The notes below the pieces were generated by a model that saw only the letters and a list, made by a program, of their open reading frames with translations, searched no databases and was not told the origin of the DNA. This document shows positions 1 through 15,000 of a DNA stretch of 64,000 nucleotides, in pieces; position 1 is the first letter of the stretch; the number at the start of each line of letters is the position of its first letter. Source of the stretch: Rubripirellula sp. (GTDB lineage Bacteria > Planctomycetota > Planctomycetia > Pirellulales > Pirellulaceae); assembly GCA_965216875.1 (NCBI GenBank), contig OZ244207.1, positions 8,160,001 to 8,224,000 on the forward strand. Direction: 5' to 3'. A program made the position numbers and the translations under genes.

Positions 1-3000
1 ACGCGTTCGGCGTCGCGTCACGCAGTTGTTCATCTTGCGGCCCATCGAAATGGTAATAAGCCGCCAGTAGCGGTTCATCGCCGGCTGGTGGCTGCCCTAC
101 AGAAGCGCGGATCTGATCCTCCGTGCGCGCCTCGTGCCAAATGCGCAGGTCGTCAAGTACGCCGCGGAGAGGGAAGAGACCTGAGCCCTGCTGTCCGACT
201 ACGACCTCATCAATCTGGAAGGTTGGGTCGGCGTTGGAAGAGGGCTGCGAAGAATGCAGTTCCGTCGCGACGCCGTCAACGTACAGCATCGGTTCGTCAC
301 TCTCGCCCCGCACGAGTGCATAGTGGTGCGGAAGACCGTCGATGACCGTGAGTGGAAGCGTCCAATCTCGTGACCCGAAACGAGGATCAAGAAGCCGCGC
401 GTTGGGCCGATCACTGTCAGGCTGGACCACCAGCGAGAAGTTGTTGAGGGGGCCACTGGCGCCGGAGATGATCGTATGGATATCGGTGCCGGGTGCCAGC
501 CCCAGTGAGAATTCGATCGTTAGCTCCTCACGGTTGTCCAGGACTTCGCTGGGGAGCATTAGCGAATCATCGAATCCTCCATCAGAATTGAATTGAAGGG
601 CGAGTTTGCGATTGGATTCGCGAAACACGAACGGTTGCCCATTACCAATGTCAACCAGAAAATCGCCGCTGCCTGTCACGGTTCGATTGGTCAGGTCGGT
701 CACCTGCGACTCTGGTGGCAGCGATATCCGCTGCGGTGCGCCATAGATGACGTAGGCGCGTCCCGCCGCTTGTTTGATGCGATCGATCCCTCCAGTGGCA
801 TTCGGCGCGTTGACAATCAAGTCATCAATGCGATCGCCGTTAAGGTCGATCCCCGGCGCGCTCGATTCGGGACCGCTTGTCGTCAGGCCGGCAACGGGAA
901 TGATCAGATCAGCCTCTGCCAAAGTCAAATGAACAACGGCGTCGGACGTCCCAACCGACCAGAACAAATGGGTTGCCATTGCGTCCCATGAAGTTAACGC
1001 CAGGTCGGTTTCCCCATCATCGTTGAAGTCGCCCGACGTCGCCGACAGCCGATCGGTCGTCGTCGAAACATGCAGGAGTGCGTTCAATTCGGTTGTAATT
1101 GTCGAGCCGCCCTGATAGACGTGCAGTCCCGTGTCATCCGTCCAGGCGATTTCCGCGTATCCGTCATTGTTGAGGTCGCCGACAACTTGGATCTGAAAAT
1201 CGTCGCTCGCATCGCGTAGGGGCGTCGGAATGATCGCGCCGACTGAATGTGTCGGCAACTCGATTCGTTCAACAAACGTTTCGTCCAAGCCGAAGTCGAT
1301 TGGATCGGAGACCACATTTCCGTTCGCATCTCTCATTGTGACAGTGAGTGCGTCGTCTCGATCCAAACAGCAATCGGTCCGCCCAAAGATTCTGATCTCT
1401 GACAAGATCGTCGGGTTGTCAAGCGTGATGGTTAGCGTCTCGCCAACGCCCGCTGCCCCGCTATGAAACACGGAACCGTTGACGTGATTGCCGTCGGTAT
1501 TACCGTCGATCGCGCGAGAGGCTGTCGCCAGCCCAAAGGGTCCGTCCCAAACCGAAGTTGCTGAGGCACTCCCGTTTAGGGCAACGTTTGAATTGGTCCC
1601 CAATTCAAACGCTTGCACCTCTGCAATGCTCAGGTGCTTATTCTGTCGCTGGCTGATCTCAATCGTCTTTACTTGTTCGCTTGTTGTTCCGGCGAAGACT
1701 GCAAAGGCATGCCGATCCAGGTCAACGCCGCCCGAGGCCAACTGGGGAATACGAAATCCCGTGACGGAGGCACCAGTAGGTTCATCCGCGACCTGCAACG
1801 TTACCGCTGGTCCCTTGAGTGTGGTTGTTGAGAATCGCAGTTTGCCACTACTTGAAGATGCAGCTAACTCACCGCCATGTATCGTCAAGAGTTGACCTTG
1901 CACGGCAGTCAGGAAATCGAAGCGTGATTCCGATTTCACCGCGATTTGAATGTTTTGGCTTACACCGTTTAACGTAATGTTAAACGCCACGGTATCTCCA
2001 GGAACTAGCTCCATACGCTCTGTGCCCGTGACTTGGGCAATCGCAGCCTCTCCGACACCAAATACGGCGCCGATTTCGTCGAGGCCGTCGCCATTGAGGT
2101 CACCAGGTACGGAAACTGACAAGCGAGACGACAACTCGCTTTCCAATGAAAGGGTTTTGCGTTGGATTGCCGAGATGTCAGTGCTATGATCCGCTCGCCG
2201 CGGCGTCGCAGTGTCGCTGAGCAGCGAGCCAGGAACGATGTATCCAAACGTTTCCGGCTCGTATATCCAGAATCCGGGCCATCCAGATGTTTGCGTCCGC
2301 GGAACCATCAGGATGTCTTGGTCCGTCAGCATGGGAAGGCCAGGGTCGACATGTTCGGCAACCAGAGTCGCTGTTGAACCGTCAAATCGCCATACCGAGA
2401 ACTCTGCGTTTTGCGAAGCGGCGGTGAAGTAAAGCTCGTCCCTAAATGCGACCAAGTTCGAAGGGTTGCCTACGAACGGGGCTTCCGAGAGCTGTTCAGA
2501 GACCGGATCAAAGCTCCACAGCGTTCGACCCTGTGTGCTGCTGACCGCAGTGAAGTACAGGACGCCATTGGCGACCGTTAGATCGCGCGGGGACGAACCG
2601 AAGTCTTCGACGGGAAAAATGTCCGCGACCAGCTGAGGGCTGGGATGGGATGGTGCGAGTCGATAGAGCTCTTTTCCAGTTTGATTGCCGTCGTCAAATC
2701 CGAAATAGACGGAACCGTCAATCGCTACTGCGTCATCGGGTACATCCGTGCTATTGGATATGAATTTCTCGACACCATTGACCCCAGCACTCGGAGTGTA
2801 GAGCCAAAACGCGGTGACGTGTTCGTTTTCAACAAGTTCCGTACCCGAGAGCAAAATGCCTTCACCAACATTCTGCATGCGAATCGCGTCCGGATTGTTG
2901 CCTAGATCGATCAGCGCCGTTGGAATGCCATCATGCTCAACATTCCCCGGGGTCAGCTGGTATTCGAGCAAGACATATGGATCGAGGCGGCCTCCATTTG

Positions 3001-6000
3001 CGGCGTTTCCTACAACCCGAAGGATGGTATACAGCGAATCTCCGTTCCCCGTAACGTCCAGCGGTGCACTATCAATTTGCCACGTACCGGAACCGTCCAA
3101 TAGCGAATTGAGCGAAGCCTGAAGTGCATTCGCCGTCAAGCCACGAAGCGGCCTTGCGTTCGCGCTCCCTGGGTCAACCGTCCACAACGGTTGTTCAAAC
3201 ATCACGCCATCCACTTTTGCACCAAAATACAGCGTGCCATCGAGTGACGTGAAGCCGACAAACTTGTCCACGCCATTGTTGTCATCAGCAGACTCGATCC
3301 TGATATTCGAATGGTCGCCCAACCTGTGAACGCTGCTGTCGCTAAAGTTGAAGATCTGTTCCCCCGCCTGAGCGTAGGCGCCGAGCGGATTGGTTAAGAC
3401 CGATTCTTGAAAACTCCCCAGCAGCGTTCGGTCATTCGAGGATGATGAAATCAGCAGGTCACTGTGTGGAAGACCCTCCGCACTGACATCACCGTAGTAA
3501 TTGAGCACGGATACCTGCGGGTCGGACGGGTTCAACTGCACGTCGTTCAGACGCAGCGTGCGATCGATGTTTATGCCCTCCAGGAATGATTGCCCCCATT
3601 GACGCGGCCAGTTGTCGACACCCCCGAATACGACCCGAATTTCCGTCAATGGAACTTCCACTCCATCTTGTGGCGTCGACGGCTTCATGAAGACCAAGTC
3701 AGCTAGACCATCGCCATTCAAGTCTCCGAGTCGATTCGCCGGTAGTCCAAGCGCCGCGTGCTCAATCACAATGTTCGCGTGCGCGAGAATATCATCCACC
3801 CGATCCAACGAAAGCGGACCGAACAGCAAGTAGCTGTGTGACTGTCCGCGGGCGATGAAATCGTTGTGGCCATCGCCATTGAAGTCGCCAATCGATCGCA
3901 TCGCGCCGAGTTGCTGATTCGTGTCTGACCCCTCGAGGGCAAAGACCTTCGATGCAAATGAATCATCCAGCTCAGCCTGCGTGATTGTCGACAGATTGAT
4001 CCCCTCGCGTGATGAATCCGTTGAAGGAGCAATAAATGGTGCCGCGAGGTCGAAGGTAAATGGCAGAAGAGCGGATCTGTCGCCAGGATTCGAGATCGGC
4101 GTCTTTCGGCGAACTTCGTCTTGATCGGCCCAGGCAATTGGATTGTGAAGCGTAAGCGTGTTGCTTCGATAATCCACCGCGCTGATGATTGCGGTATGTG
4201 CGGACACCTGGATGGTGTCGCCTGCGCGAAACGGTCTAGCGTTATCGACACCTATCTCTGCGCCACTACCATCACCCTTAGCGCGAACGGCGGTTTCATT
4301 CCCTGCGAGCGTATCGCCGCCCGCCCCGCCGTACACGAGATCGTCCTCCTGGCCACCGTTGATCAGGTCGGCGTCTGGTCCGCCGTCGATCGTGTCGGCC
4401 AGCGCCCCGCCAAAAAGAACATCTCGGCCATCGCCGCCACGAATGTCCAGTGCCGCGATCAATGCTCGCTGTTGAAAATCACCCGGGTCGATGCCCCACT
4501 CGCTGCTCTGGCCGGGGAACTTGTATTCGGAGTCGCCGCGGAAGATGTCGTCCCCAGCGCGGGTGTCGATGACGGTTCGCTCAACGTCAATGGTTGTGTA
4601 GAGCAGGTATTGCTGTTCGAAGACGTTGTCGGTGCCGGTCACGGTCAGCGGCTGCGGATCGATGCCATTGCCAAACCCAAGCTGCTCGGCTGCCTCATTG
4701 GGGGAACTGAATGTCAGCGTGTGCGATGCACCTGCGGCAATTGTCTGGAAAGTCAATCGTTGGCCATCGAAACCGGCCGAGACGGTGCCTGACAATCCCG
4801 CGTTGTCTAAGGCGGCATTCATATCGGCGACCAGATCGCGAATGTCTCGGTTGTCAAACGTGCCGCCATCGCCGCCTTTATGCCGCACGGTAACGGGGAC
4901 TTCATCGCCGCCATCGATACTCAGCAAAAACATTGCGTCATCGCCGAGGTTTGGATCACCAAGGTCCGCCGAAGCAACGAGTGTTGCGGGCACTGCATCA
5001 TCCGCGCTGATGAATCCCTGTCCGTTGATGTCCCAGACAAGATTCGTGAATTCGTAGCGGTGCAGCAAGCGGTTGTAGCGGAGGGCAGCAAAGTCCGGCA
5101 CGGGAATTCCATTGCGGTCAAAGTCGCCGCCCAGAAACAGCACGCGATCTCCTTGAATCTCGTCTTCGAATCCGCCGTCGAAGCGATCAGAGAACGAGGG
5201 GACGAAAGTCTCGTCAGGATTCTTAAGCAGCGGCAGAGCGTCGGTGATCAGTTGGAACGTGTCGTCGCCGCCTTCGCCAAACAACAGGTCGGGCGCCTGG
5301 CGGTCACGACCACCGGTAAGCACGTCGTTGTCCGGGCCGCCAAAGATCCAATCTTCACCCATTCCGCCCGAAAGAATGTCATTGCCCGCGCCTCCCAGGA
5401 TGACATCGCGTCGATTCAAGTCGACTCGTTGTGCCAGGTCCACCTCCTTGGGAGCGACGCCGTCAGTCAAGTTGAATGTGATGTCGTAAATCGTGGGTAT
5501 GCTGTCTGACTGGACACGCAAAAGAAAAGGACGTCCCACGTCAAGGGCCGCCAAGGCAACGTTGGTGACGCCGTCCAATTCGAAAACTTCGGCGATCAGG
5601 CCGTCATCAGGTGAGATGCTACTGGTGATCAAATTGTCCAGCGGTGTTGAAATCTCGAACTGGAACCAGTCAACATCATCAGGACTGTCCAGTGTCAGGC
5701 CGCTGAGTAGTCTGCTTTCGTTGGGATCAAGCGTCGGAAGCACAAAGGCCTGTGCGGGAGAATCGTTCCGCGAGCCGTATTCAGCCTGGTCGATCAGAAT
5801 TGAATTACCCCCGGTGATCTCGACACGGTCGTCACCAGCGCCTGCGTCGATCCAAACGGTTTTCTGAACGGTCGGTCCGACGGTGATCTGGTCATTTCCA
5901 TCCAGACCATCGATCAAGATAGCGAGAAAATCGTCTTCGACTGGAAGCAACCGACTCAGTTCCGGCACTGGAACAGGTCGGGGAACACCGGTCTGCCCGA

Positions 6001-9000
6001 CTTCCAAATGCAATTCGTCGGAGGCTACCGAATTCGCGCTTGTGACTTCAAGCGTCGACGCGCCGCCGTTCCCATTTGAATCTCTAATCCGAAGCAACGA
6101 GATCGCCCCATTGTCGATCCTTGCCTCAACTTGGTCACTGATGCCCGCTGCAGTCAACGCCGCGACAAGATCGGTTAGCAGATCGTCAACGTTTGTGTTG
6201 TCCGCTGCCTCTGCAAATGGAATCGTGACTTCGGTTTCGCTGTCATCAATCCTAAGTGAGAAGATGGCGTCCTCGCTCAGTTGCCCGGTTGCCGCCACGC
6301 TCTCAAGCCCGGTAAGGCCTATTGCGAAGGCGATGTCGGCGGAATTCCAGATTGGATTGCCATCCCTATCAATGGCATCAAAGTCTAGCTGAAGCTGAGC
6401 GGCAAAGCTGAAGTTGCCGTCGTTGTTGGTCAACCGAGTGACCAAGTGGTGATTGGTCAGTAGGCCCGGTTCGGTGACAAAGTCGACCGTGATAACGTCG
6501 TCGACGTTCGTGCCGCCGACGTACCACACTTTGTCGGTCTCTCTGGCGTACTGTTTCCACTCATCGCCAGCCAAACCACCGTCGACAGATTCAAGGTCCG
6601 TGCCGTCGGCGCGGAAAAGCGTATCGTTGCCACCGCGGCCGTACAAGAAGTCCAGTCGCGTTCCGCCAAACAGCAAATCGTCTTCGTCATTGCCGAGCAT
6701 TCGGTTCAGGCCGGTGTCTTCCAACTCAAGCGTGCCGTCGCTGTGATCGCTCCATTGGCCGGTTGTCGGGTCAAAGAAGACGCCGAATTGGGTTGGTGGA
6801 TCGTCAGCGAGATGAGGGAGCGAAGTTGCGAAAGTCCCCTGAGGATGGAAGGACCAGGCATACAGTTCATTGCGTCCCTGGCCGCCGATCAGATCGTCGT
6901 TACCGCCGCCGGCAAACAGCACGTCCAAATCTCCTGCACTTCCCAGGCCCCGACCGCTGTCACCCCAGAGCCGGTCGTCGCCTTGCAATCCGTACAGTGT
7001 GTCGCTGCCTCGCCCTCCATCAAGACGATCCCGCCCAGCCGATCCAATCAAGGTGTCATTGCCTGGGCCACCGTCCAATACGCCGATGAAATCGTTGCTG
7101 CGATCAACAAGTTCCGAGAGATCGAGCGCCTTATCGCCGCGGACAAACTCAAGAGTGTCGTTACCAAGCAGCCCCGACACGCGAAACTGTTCAACCAACG
7201 GACCCGTAGCATCCCGCCACCTGGCTTCGATCGCGCGAGTCGGCCCGTTTGTCCCTTCGGTGCCGCTTGCCCCTTCAGCGTTGGACGAGTACTCAGCCCG
7301 CAGTAGGTCAACCGACTGGTCGCTCTTCAGCAGCCGGATGAGATCGTGATCAGTCGTACCCTCAATTAGCATGATGTCCGTGGCGTTGTCATCGGGACCT
7401 TCGTCCAATTCATCACCATGACCGTCAAACGACTCGTTGGCAGCGGGTTCGTAACTGGGATCCACATCTAACACCATGATGTCAATTCCGGCACCACCAA
7501 TGAGCTGGTCGTTATGGTTTTGCCCTTCCAACCAATCCGAATCCGCGCCACCACGCAGCGTGTCATCGCCACCACCGCCGAACAGTTGGTCTTCACCGCT
7601 GCCTCCGCGTAAGTCGTCGGCACCGCCATCAAGGTTTGCGCGGGTGTTGCGCGCGTATCCCGGCCCAGCCAACCAATCACCGGCGAGGAAATCGTTGCCG
7701 CCGTTTCCAACGAGAATCTCGGCGCGAAGATTTCCGTACAGCCAGTCTCCACCGCTCCCACCGTGCAATTCGTCACCAATTTCGGCTTGTTCGTCTGCCA
7801 CGTCGTTCGACGGAGCGAATGCATGCAGAAAATCGATGCCGTCACCGCCCCACAACCGCTGCCCGAGCAGACTACCGTCCGCAGCGTTCCCCGCATCGCC
7901 ATACAGCATGTCACGACCAGCATCGCCATAGACTTGATCGATGCCATCGCCGCCGTGGATCTCGTCATCATTGGCTCCGCCACGAACCAAGTCATCACCA
8001 GCGCCACCATTGATGACGTCGTTCCCGACACCACCATCGACATAGTCGACTCCACTGCCGCCGTTCAATTCATCATCATCGCCGCCGCCAAACAGAAAAT
8101 CGTCATCGTTGCCACCGTCCAACTTGTCTTGACCGTCACCGATCGTTCCGTCAGATGACCGACCGCCAAAGCTCGCCGGCGTATTTGGGAAGTAGCCAAA
8201 CTGCGAATGGACGGCTTCGGCGAAGTTCGGCGGATCCACAAAGTTCGTGCGGTCATCCAGGTCAAGCTCGTCGACGGACAGCAACTGCATGCCGCCCCAC
8301 AAGATGTCGTTACCCGCGCCGCCATACAATTCGTCGTTGCCATGGCGGCCAACAAGCAGGTTATTTGAATCATTTCCTGTTAGGACATCGTTTCCGAGAC
8401 CGCCGAGCAATTGCTCAACATTTACGATGCCATGACCGTTCGATCGGATCCCGTCTTGCAGATTGACGGTGACGCCAGTCGTCCATGGCGCATAGTCGAC
8501 AACGTCTCGCCCGCCGCCGTGTCCATCCAATGTCCCGGTTAGCTGCACTCCATTCTCGAATCGAAACGCGTCGTCCTTAGCGCCTCCACTCAAGCTTTCC
8601 ATGTTCGTGAACGTGCTCAACAATCGAGTTGACGAAACCTGTCCAGCGTTATCGGCATCGAGAACGAACGTGAGCGATTCCCGTAAGCCAGTCAGGTCCA
8701 ACGTGTCCGATCCTGACCCGCCGTCGGCCAATCCGGAAATGGCCGATCCTGGCTCAAGCATAAAATGATCCGCTTCATTGCCCCCGGTCAGATTTTCGAA
8801 GCCCTCAAACCGAAACGTCGCTGGATCGTCAACATGCCCTTGGTCATCGCCGGTGAGATACCAAACGGCATCGGCGGATTCTCCGATCAAAAGGTCATCT
8901 CCGCTCGAACCACCGATAAACTGCTCAATATTTCGATAGCGGCTAACGTTCGTTCCGGCCTTGTTATCGCGATCTACCGTCACCGGATTGTCGCTTGCGT

Positions 9001-12000
9001 ACGCATAGTGAATCGTGTCGAAGCCGCCAAGCCCGTCAATGCTGCTTGAGACTCCGGCGTCGTTGCTCAAGACAAAGACATCGACTTGATTGCTGCCCAA
9101 CAGGTTCTCAACACCACTGAATTCGAAACCGAAGTCGTCGACGCGTCCTCGATTCAGCCCGTCGACCGACCACTGATTGGTTCCGTCACCCGACTCTTTC
9201 GACACGTGCAAGGTGTCAGAGCTGATGCCGCCGACAAAGCCTTCCACATTGCCCGCTAAAACAAGATCGCCAAACGCGTCTTGCGCTGTGACACCTGCGT
9301 TCGTAACACTGGCGTTCACGGCTTGGGTTGCCGACGCGAAATTCAGCGTGTCATGTCCCCCGTCGACTCGTTCAACAATCGTGTCGATTCCCCAATCGTC
9401 GCCAAAGACATAGGTGTCGTTTCCGATACCACCTCCGAGCGTGTCCGCGCCAGGACCGCCAATCAGCGTCGCCGGAATGGAAACAGGGACGGTCGTGTCA
9501 CTGGCCAGCAAGATCTTGTCATCGCCCTCACCACCATGGAAAAGGATTTGCTTGACGCCGCTATGCACTTCCTCGAACTCAAACGCGGTCACGCGGATGA
9601 CGCCGTCGGCAATCTCTTCGAGTAGAAAGTCCTCGGCAATGTCTTCGGATCCGCCCGCCTGACGCTGGCCTGCGAACTGCCCAGCATGAAGTACGAGGGT
9701 TCCGTCCGCGAAACCGTCTTCGCCGTCGGTTACGTGAGCCAAACCTGCGCCGCACGTATGCGAGAAGCTAAATATTTCTTCCTCGACAATCGGAACCTCT
9801 CCATCGAAGAATGGTGTCTCGTAAACCAACCGCAAAAACGCGTCGAGTCCCCCGCTGATATCAAATACACATGCCCCTTGTGATGTCGCAGGATGGGTAG
9901 GCAGATTGAAGGTGCGTTCCAATTCGTCTAGATAGACCTTGCCGTCGCCATCAGGGTCATTCCAGTTGAATCCGATATCGCCGCGAATGCCTCCCTCGAC
10001 GCCGGCCGATGCGATCAGCAGATCCAGCTCGGCACCGATAAAGGCCTCGAATCCAAATCCAAATTCATCTACATCGTCTCCCTCATCCACATCCTGGCGA
10101 TCGCCGAAATAGAAACCGTCGGCAAAGTTGTCGCTGGCGATACCCGATGTGTCGAATCCGATGGACAGGTCCAAGAATGTTTGCAGATTGATCCCAAAGG
10201 TAACGAACAGTGGGACAGCTGGTACGACAGGGCCAAACTTCTGTTCGAACGGAACTTCGAGTTCGAGTCGGGGAATATCCCACTGAACCAAGTCGGCGTC
10301 GACTGCTTGGCCGGTTAACAACTTGATGATCGATTGCGGATCAGAAAGGATCGGCAACTTGATGCCCAAGCCGCCGCTGAGCGCCCCATCTTTCATCTTC
10401 TGAAGCGCAGATCGTGTCTTTGATTTCTTCTCTTTGGTTGCATCATCATCGTCGGGCTTGCTGCCTAGTTGCGCGAGCACAGCATCAAAATCGACCCTGT
10501 CCTCGCTCGTTGCCGTGACTTTGGCGTTGGCATCACTCAAGTCCTGATCTTGGCCGATTGGATAGTCACCAAATTCGATTTTCAGATTGCTGTCGCCAAG
10601 GTCTTCGATGTCGGCAGAGAATTCGGTGATCTTGATCAACAGGTCCAAGACTTTCTGCGCCCTGCGCGACTGCCTAAGTGCCTTCTGGAGTTTCGCAGGA
10701 TCGGATCCCGCTGACGCCAAGATACCCAGCTGCAGGTTTGTGATTGGCGCTTCGCCAGCCAACTTCGCAATCGCTGACAAGCCAGGAACTTCTTGATTAA
10801 GAAATTCCAGGAGCGGTTTCATTGGACCGATGTATTTGTCGACGCCATCCAAGACCGGCTTGGCGACTTTGGTTAGAAACTGCCCGATGTCCAGCGTCAG
10901 ATCGTTGAACGCCACGCTCGGTTTGGAGAATTCTCCGCTTTGAAGCGTTTCACCTTCATCACCCGTGTCGCCATCATTGTTGAGGTCGAGTTCGCACGTC
11001 GGATCATTCTCATCGAACGTATTACAGAATCCCCAACCAACAACGAACCGTGTGGTAAGTTCGGGAAAGCTCGGATTGACATTCGCCGTTAGGTCCAGAT
11101 CGACGTTGGCTTGAGCTTCAATGCCGAAAGAAAGGAAGTCGCGAAAGCTCTTTCCATCGGCCCGGAATTCTGAAAACGTTAACTTGCCAGGGCTTTCGGT
11201 GTCCGCTTCCAAATCGGCAATATCGACGAACGCGGCGGCACGCACACCCGTGTTCTCTTTGGACAGCGTCAACGAATAGGTGTAGGTAACGTTCTCCTCA
11301 GCGGGAGGAAAAATGACGCGTTGGACTTCCGACGTCCATTGACTTTGATCGAATCCGTCGTTGTTACCTTCTTGAACAATGGTTGCTGTCGTCGTCGTCT
11401 CGGTGACAACATTGTTCGCGTCAGTACGAATAAAGGTCACCTCAAGCGGAGGAACATCGCCGAGGCGTTTGTTCAGAGTGATCAGGAACCCGTTGCCCGT
11501 TCCGTCATCAATCTCCTTTGTTGAGTCGACTGTATTGACTCCAAATGCATCGTCTTCTTGCAAAAGAGCAGCAAGTCCGCTGCCACCGGCATCGCTATCA
11601 ATCGATGTGTCAATCGGATAGGGGCCGGCTTTGTCTTGATGATTGGTGGCGTTCAGTTTCAAGCCAAACAAGTCGACGGTAAGCTCGGTGCCGGGCGCAA
11701 GTCGCGCATCCACCTCCAATTGAATCTCTCGGCCATCGTCGTCGACGGCCGGATCGTCGTGCAACAACTGGAAATAGAATCCATCCTCAACCGAAACACC
11801 GAATCCCAAGAACGCTTCGACGGAAACATCAACCTCGACTCCACCACTCGTCTCGATATCAAAGACAAGTGCATCCAAGCCGACGTCAAAATCAGCGGCA
11901 AGCGAGTACGTCTTGTCGATGTGTAGAAGCGCATCCAGGGACAAGGTGTTCAAGTCCAGATTCACGGGGACATCCAAGAAGCTGAGCGACTGCTTGCCAT

Positions 12001-15000
12001 CGACGTCCAAACTCTCCAACGGATCCAGTGAGAGAATGTTCAATCCTGCATTGCCGCTGCTGTCATGGCCGTTGCGGACGATCACTGAAGTCTCGTCGTC
12101 GTGCTGGTGCAAGAGCGGTCGCTCAAGCGATAGCGTACTTCCATCCGCAGACACGACGGTTAGCGATTCGAGTTTCTCGCCCGTGCCGATGACGATGGTC
12201 GCGCCACTTGGAATGTCGCCTTCAACGTCGATGGTTTGCACGACAGGAGTTGCTGGATCGAAAAGTAAGGTTGTGGCGAAACCATCTGTGACGGTCGAAC
12301 CTTCCGCGTAGCCGCGTGCCAACGGTTCGCTCAATCGCAATTCAAAAAGCCCATTACCCAAGTCTTCGACACCCATCACCTCGAAGAACTCTGGATCCTG
12401 ATTAATCGATATGATCGCGCCCGTATTGAAGACGTTGGTGCTGTCTGCATACGGACCAACCACAATCGTTTGCTCGGCCGGTACAGCCGCGCCATCAAGC
12501 TGTGTTCTGATCGCGTCAGCAATGCGAACGGTGGGCGCCGCATGGTCATTCGAAAGCCCGCCAGCTAGAGACAGCTTGTATCCCGATGGCGTTTGATCAA
12601 CCTTCGTCACTCGAATCGTTTCTTCGCTTTCCCCGCCCTCATCCAGAATCAGCTCGACACCAACGGATACCTCTTGATCAACCTCCAACGAATCCGGCCG
12701 TTGCTGAATGTCGTACAGCAACTCCAACGCTGACGTACCCTCGGGATCGCTGATTGTGGGCGCAAAGAAATGATCTTTGGCGAGCGGAGCCAGCAATGTC
12801 AGCACAAAGATCCCATCCTGTTCGTCAACGCCCGTGACGATGATGGACTCCTCGGTGGGATTGCCCTCATCCAGAATCAGAGACAGTTCGCCTCCGTCGG
12901 GGATGGTTACGCTTTGATTGACCTGCAAAGCCTTCGCGCCCGCTTCGACGCTGGAATAGAGCTGCAACCGCTCATCCACCGAAGTGGAAGCGGTAAAGGC
13001 GTTTTGAATGGGCAAGCTCAACGAAAGACGAAATTGGTCACCTTCATCGTCGACACCGATGACACGAACGGTTTCAGTGTCGGCCAAACGCAACGCTGTC
13101 CCGACAGAGACGTTTTGACTGACAAGGATTTCTGTTGAGCCGGCATTGACGGCTTCGAGCAGGACCAGCGGATCTTTACGCCCCACTCGAGGATTTAGCC
13201 GATGCGATGCGACAAGCGAGTTCTCAAGCGTCAGTTCGAACCGCGCCTCACCGATTTGCCTCGCAGCGACGACCAGAACATCTTCATCGTCCAATCGCAA
13301 TCGAGTTCCGACCGGGACTCTTTGATCAACCTCGATGGTTGGTCCAAGCTGGGAAACCACTTGAATTTCAGGAATCCCAGGGCCGAGATTGTTAAAAATC
13401 AGCTGCTGTATCTTTAGCTGCAATTCTTCCGTCGCTGCCGATCCGCTGGCAAGTAATCGATCCAATGGATCGACAAAGTCTCGACGGATATCGCCAACGA
13501 AGGTGCGGTCTCCGATACGGGCGTTTTTGTCGATCACGGGCAGTTGCCCGATCCCTTCTTTGCTTTCGATATGTTCTCCGATCTTATCGAGCATCGCGTT
13601 GAGTCCGTCGATCAGACTACGAAGATCGAATTTGAACAGGTCCTTGAGGTTTTCGGTGGTGAATGGATGTTCGATACGCAACGTCGACGGATGCGCGACA
13701 TCAACACTGACGGTCAAGGGAGGCAGAGCGGGAATCGCTGGGATTGCCAACTCTGCCGTCGCGATGGCGTTGATATCGAGGTCAAACTTGTCGACCAGTT
13801 TGGCAACGCCGTCATACTCGACACTCACTTTCCCTGTGGGTTTTGATTCGGGGAAGGTGATTTTCCAACTTGCTTCGCCATCTTCTTCGTCATAGCGAAC
13901 GAGTTCGACATCGGTGTTGCGTTCGATCCCGTCAACACGGATGGTCACACCATGATCGGCTGGAGTGGTTGTCGGGGTGTCGTCATCCGACAACCCCGCA
14001 AGCGCTGCTGGAACGTGGCTTAATTCAACTTCCTGGACGAGCGAGGAATACTCGATTTCGATTTTTCCGTTGATCTTAACGACTTGGTTGTTCGTATCCG
14101 TTTGGGTGATCTTGACACGATGTTTGCCCGCATCGGATTCGCCCTCTGGAATGATTTCAACCACGTGTTCGATTTCTTCCGCCGTTCCGTCACCATCCAA
14201 ATCGTGACGAACAACAACATCGCCCTCTGGCACTCTATCGAGGATGATCGTGCTGACACGAGCTCCACGCTTTGTTTGGGTGATATTCCCCGAGGAAGTG
14301 TCAACCACAGCCTCAATCTTTGCGATCGCGGGATATGTGACCTTGATGTCACCTGCCGGTTGACTGAATGCTGGGCCAATGAACTGGATCATCCATGGTT
14401 TTTCTGACTCATCGCTTGGAGCAATAATGTCGAAGGCGACACCTTGCTCTTGTGCGATGCCATTGATTTCAACGGCGACGCTTGATTCGTCGGTCGGAAT
14501 TCGCGAGAGCTCGAATTCTTGGACTTGAGTAGCAAACTTGATACTGACTTCGTCCTGACCGATCGGCTCCGCAAACGCAATGGTTGTTGGCTCGCTAGTT
14601 TCTCCAATCTCAACGACAAACCGCGTCGGTTCAAGCTTCGTGTTCCGTAGGAATCCGAGCTTGCGACGCTTCACAAAAACCTCGACCAAATCCGCATCCG
14701 CCGGTATTCCGGTGAGCGTGATCTCTTGATTCGATGCGTTCCCATCGATCGTGTGCCTTTCAGTCCTGACGCTGGACAATCGGTCTGTGATTTGAGTGAC
14801 TTGCTGACGCAGCTGGTTGAAGGGAATCGCAACGCCTGCGTTCAGCGGTTCCTGGCCGATTGTGTTGTTGTCTGCCGGCGTAAGATTCCGATCAATTCCA
14901 ACAGTCAGTGTGGCCGAAGCGAACGGCTCGTAAGTGACGATGACCGGATGTGCAGCAACGGGCGCCTTGTTGAACGTTATCGTTTTTCCGTTCAGCTCGT

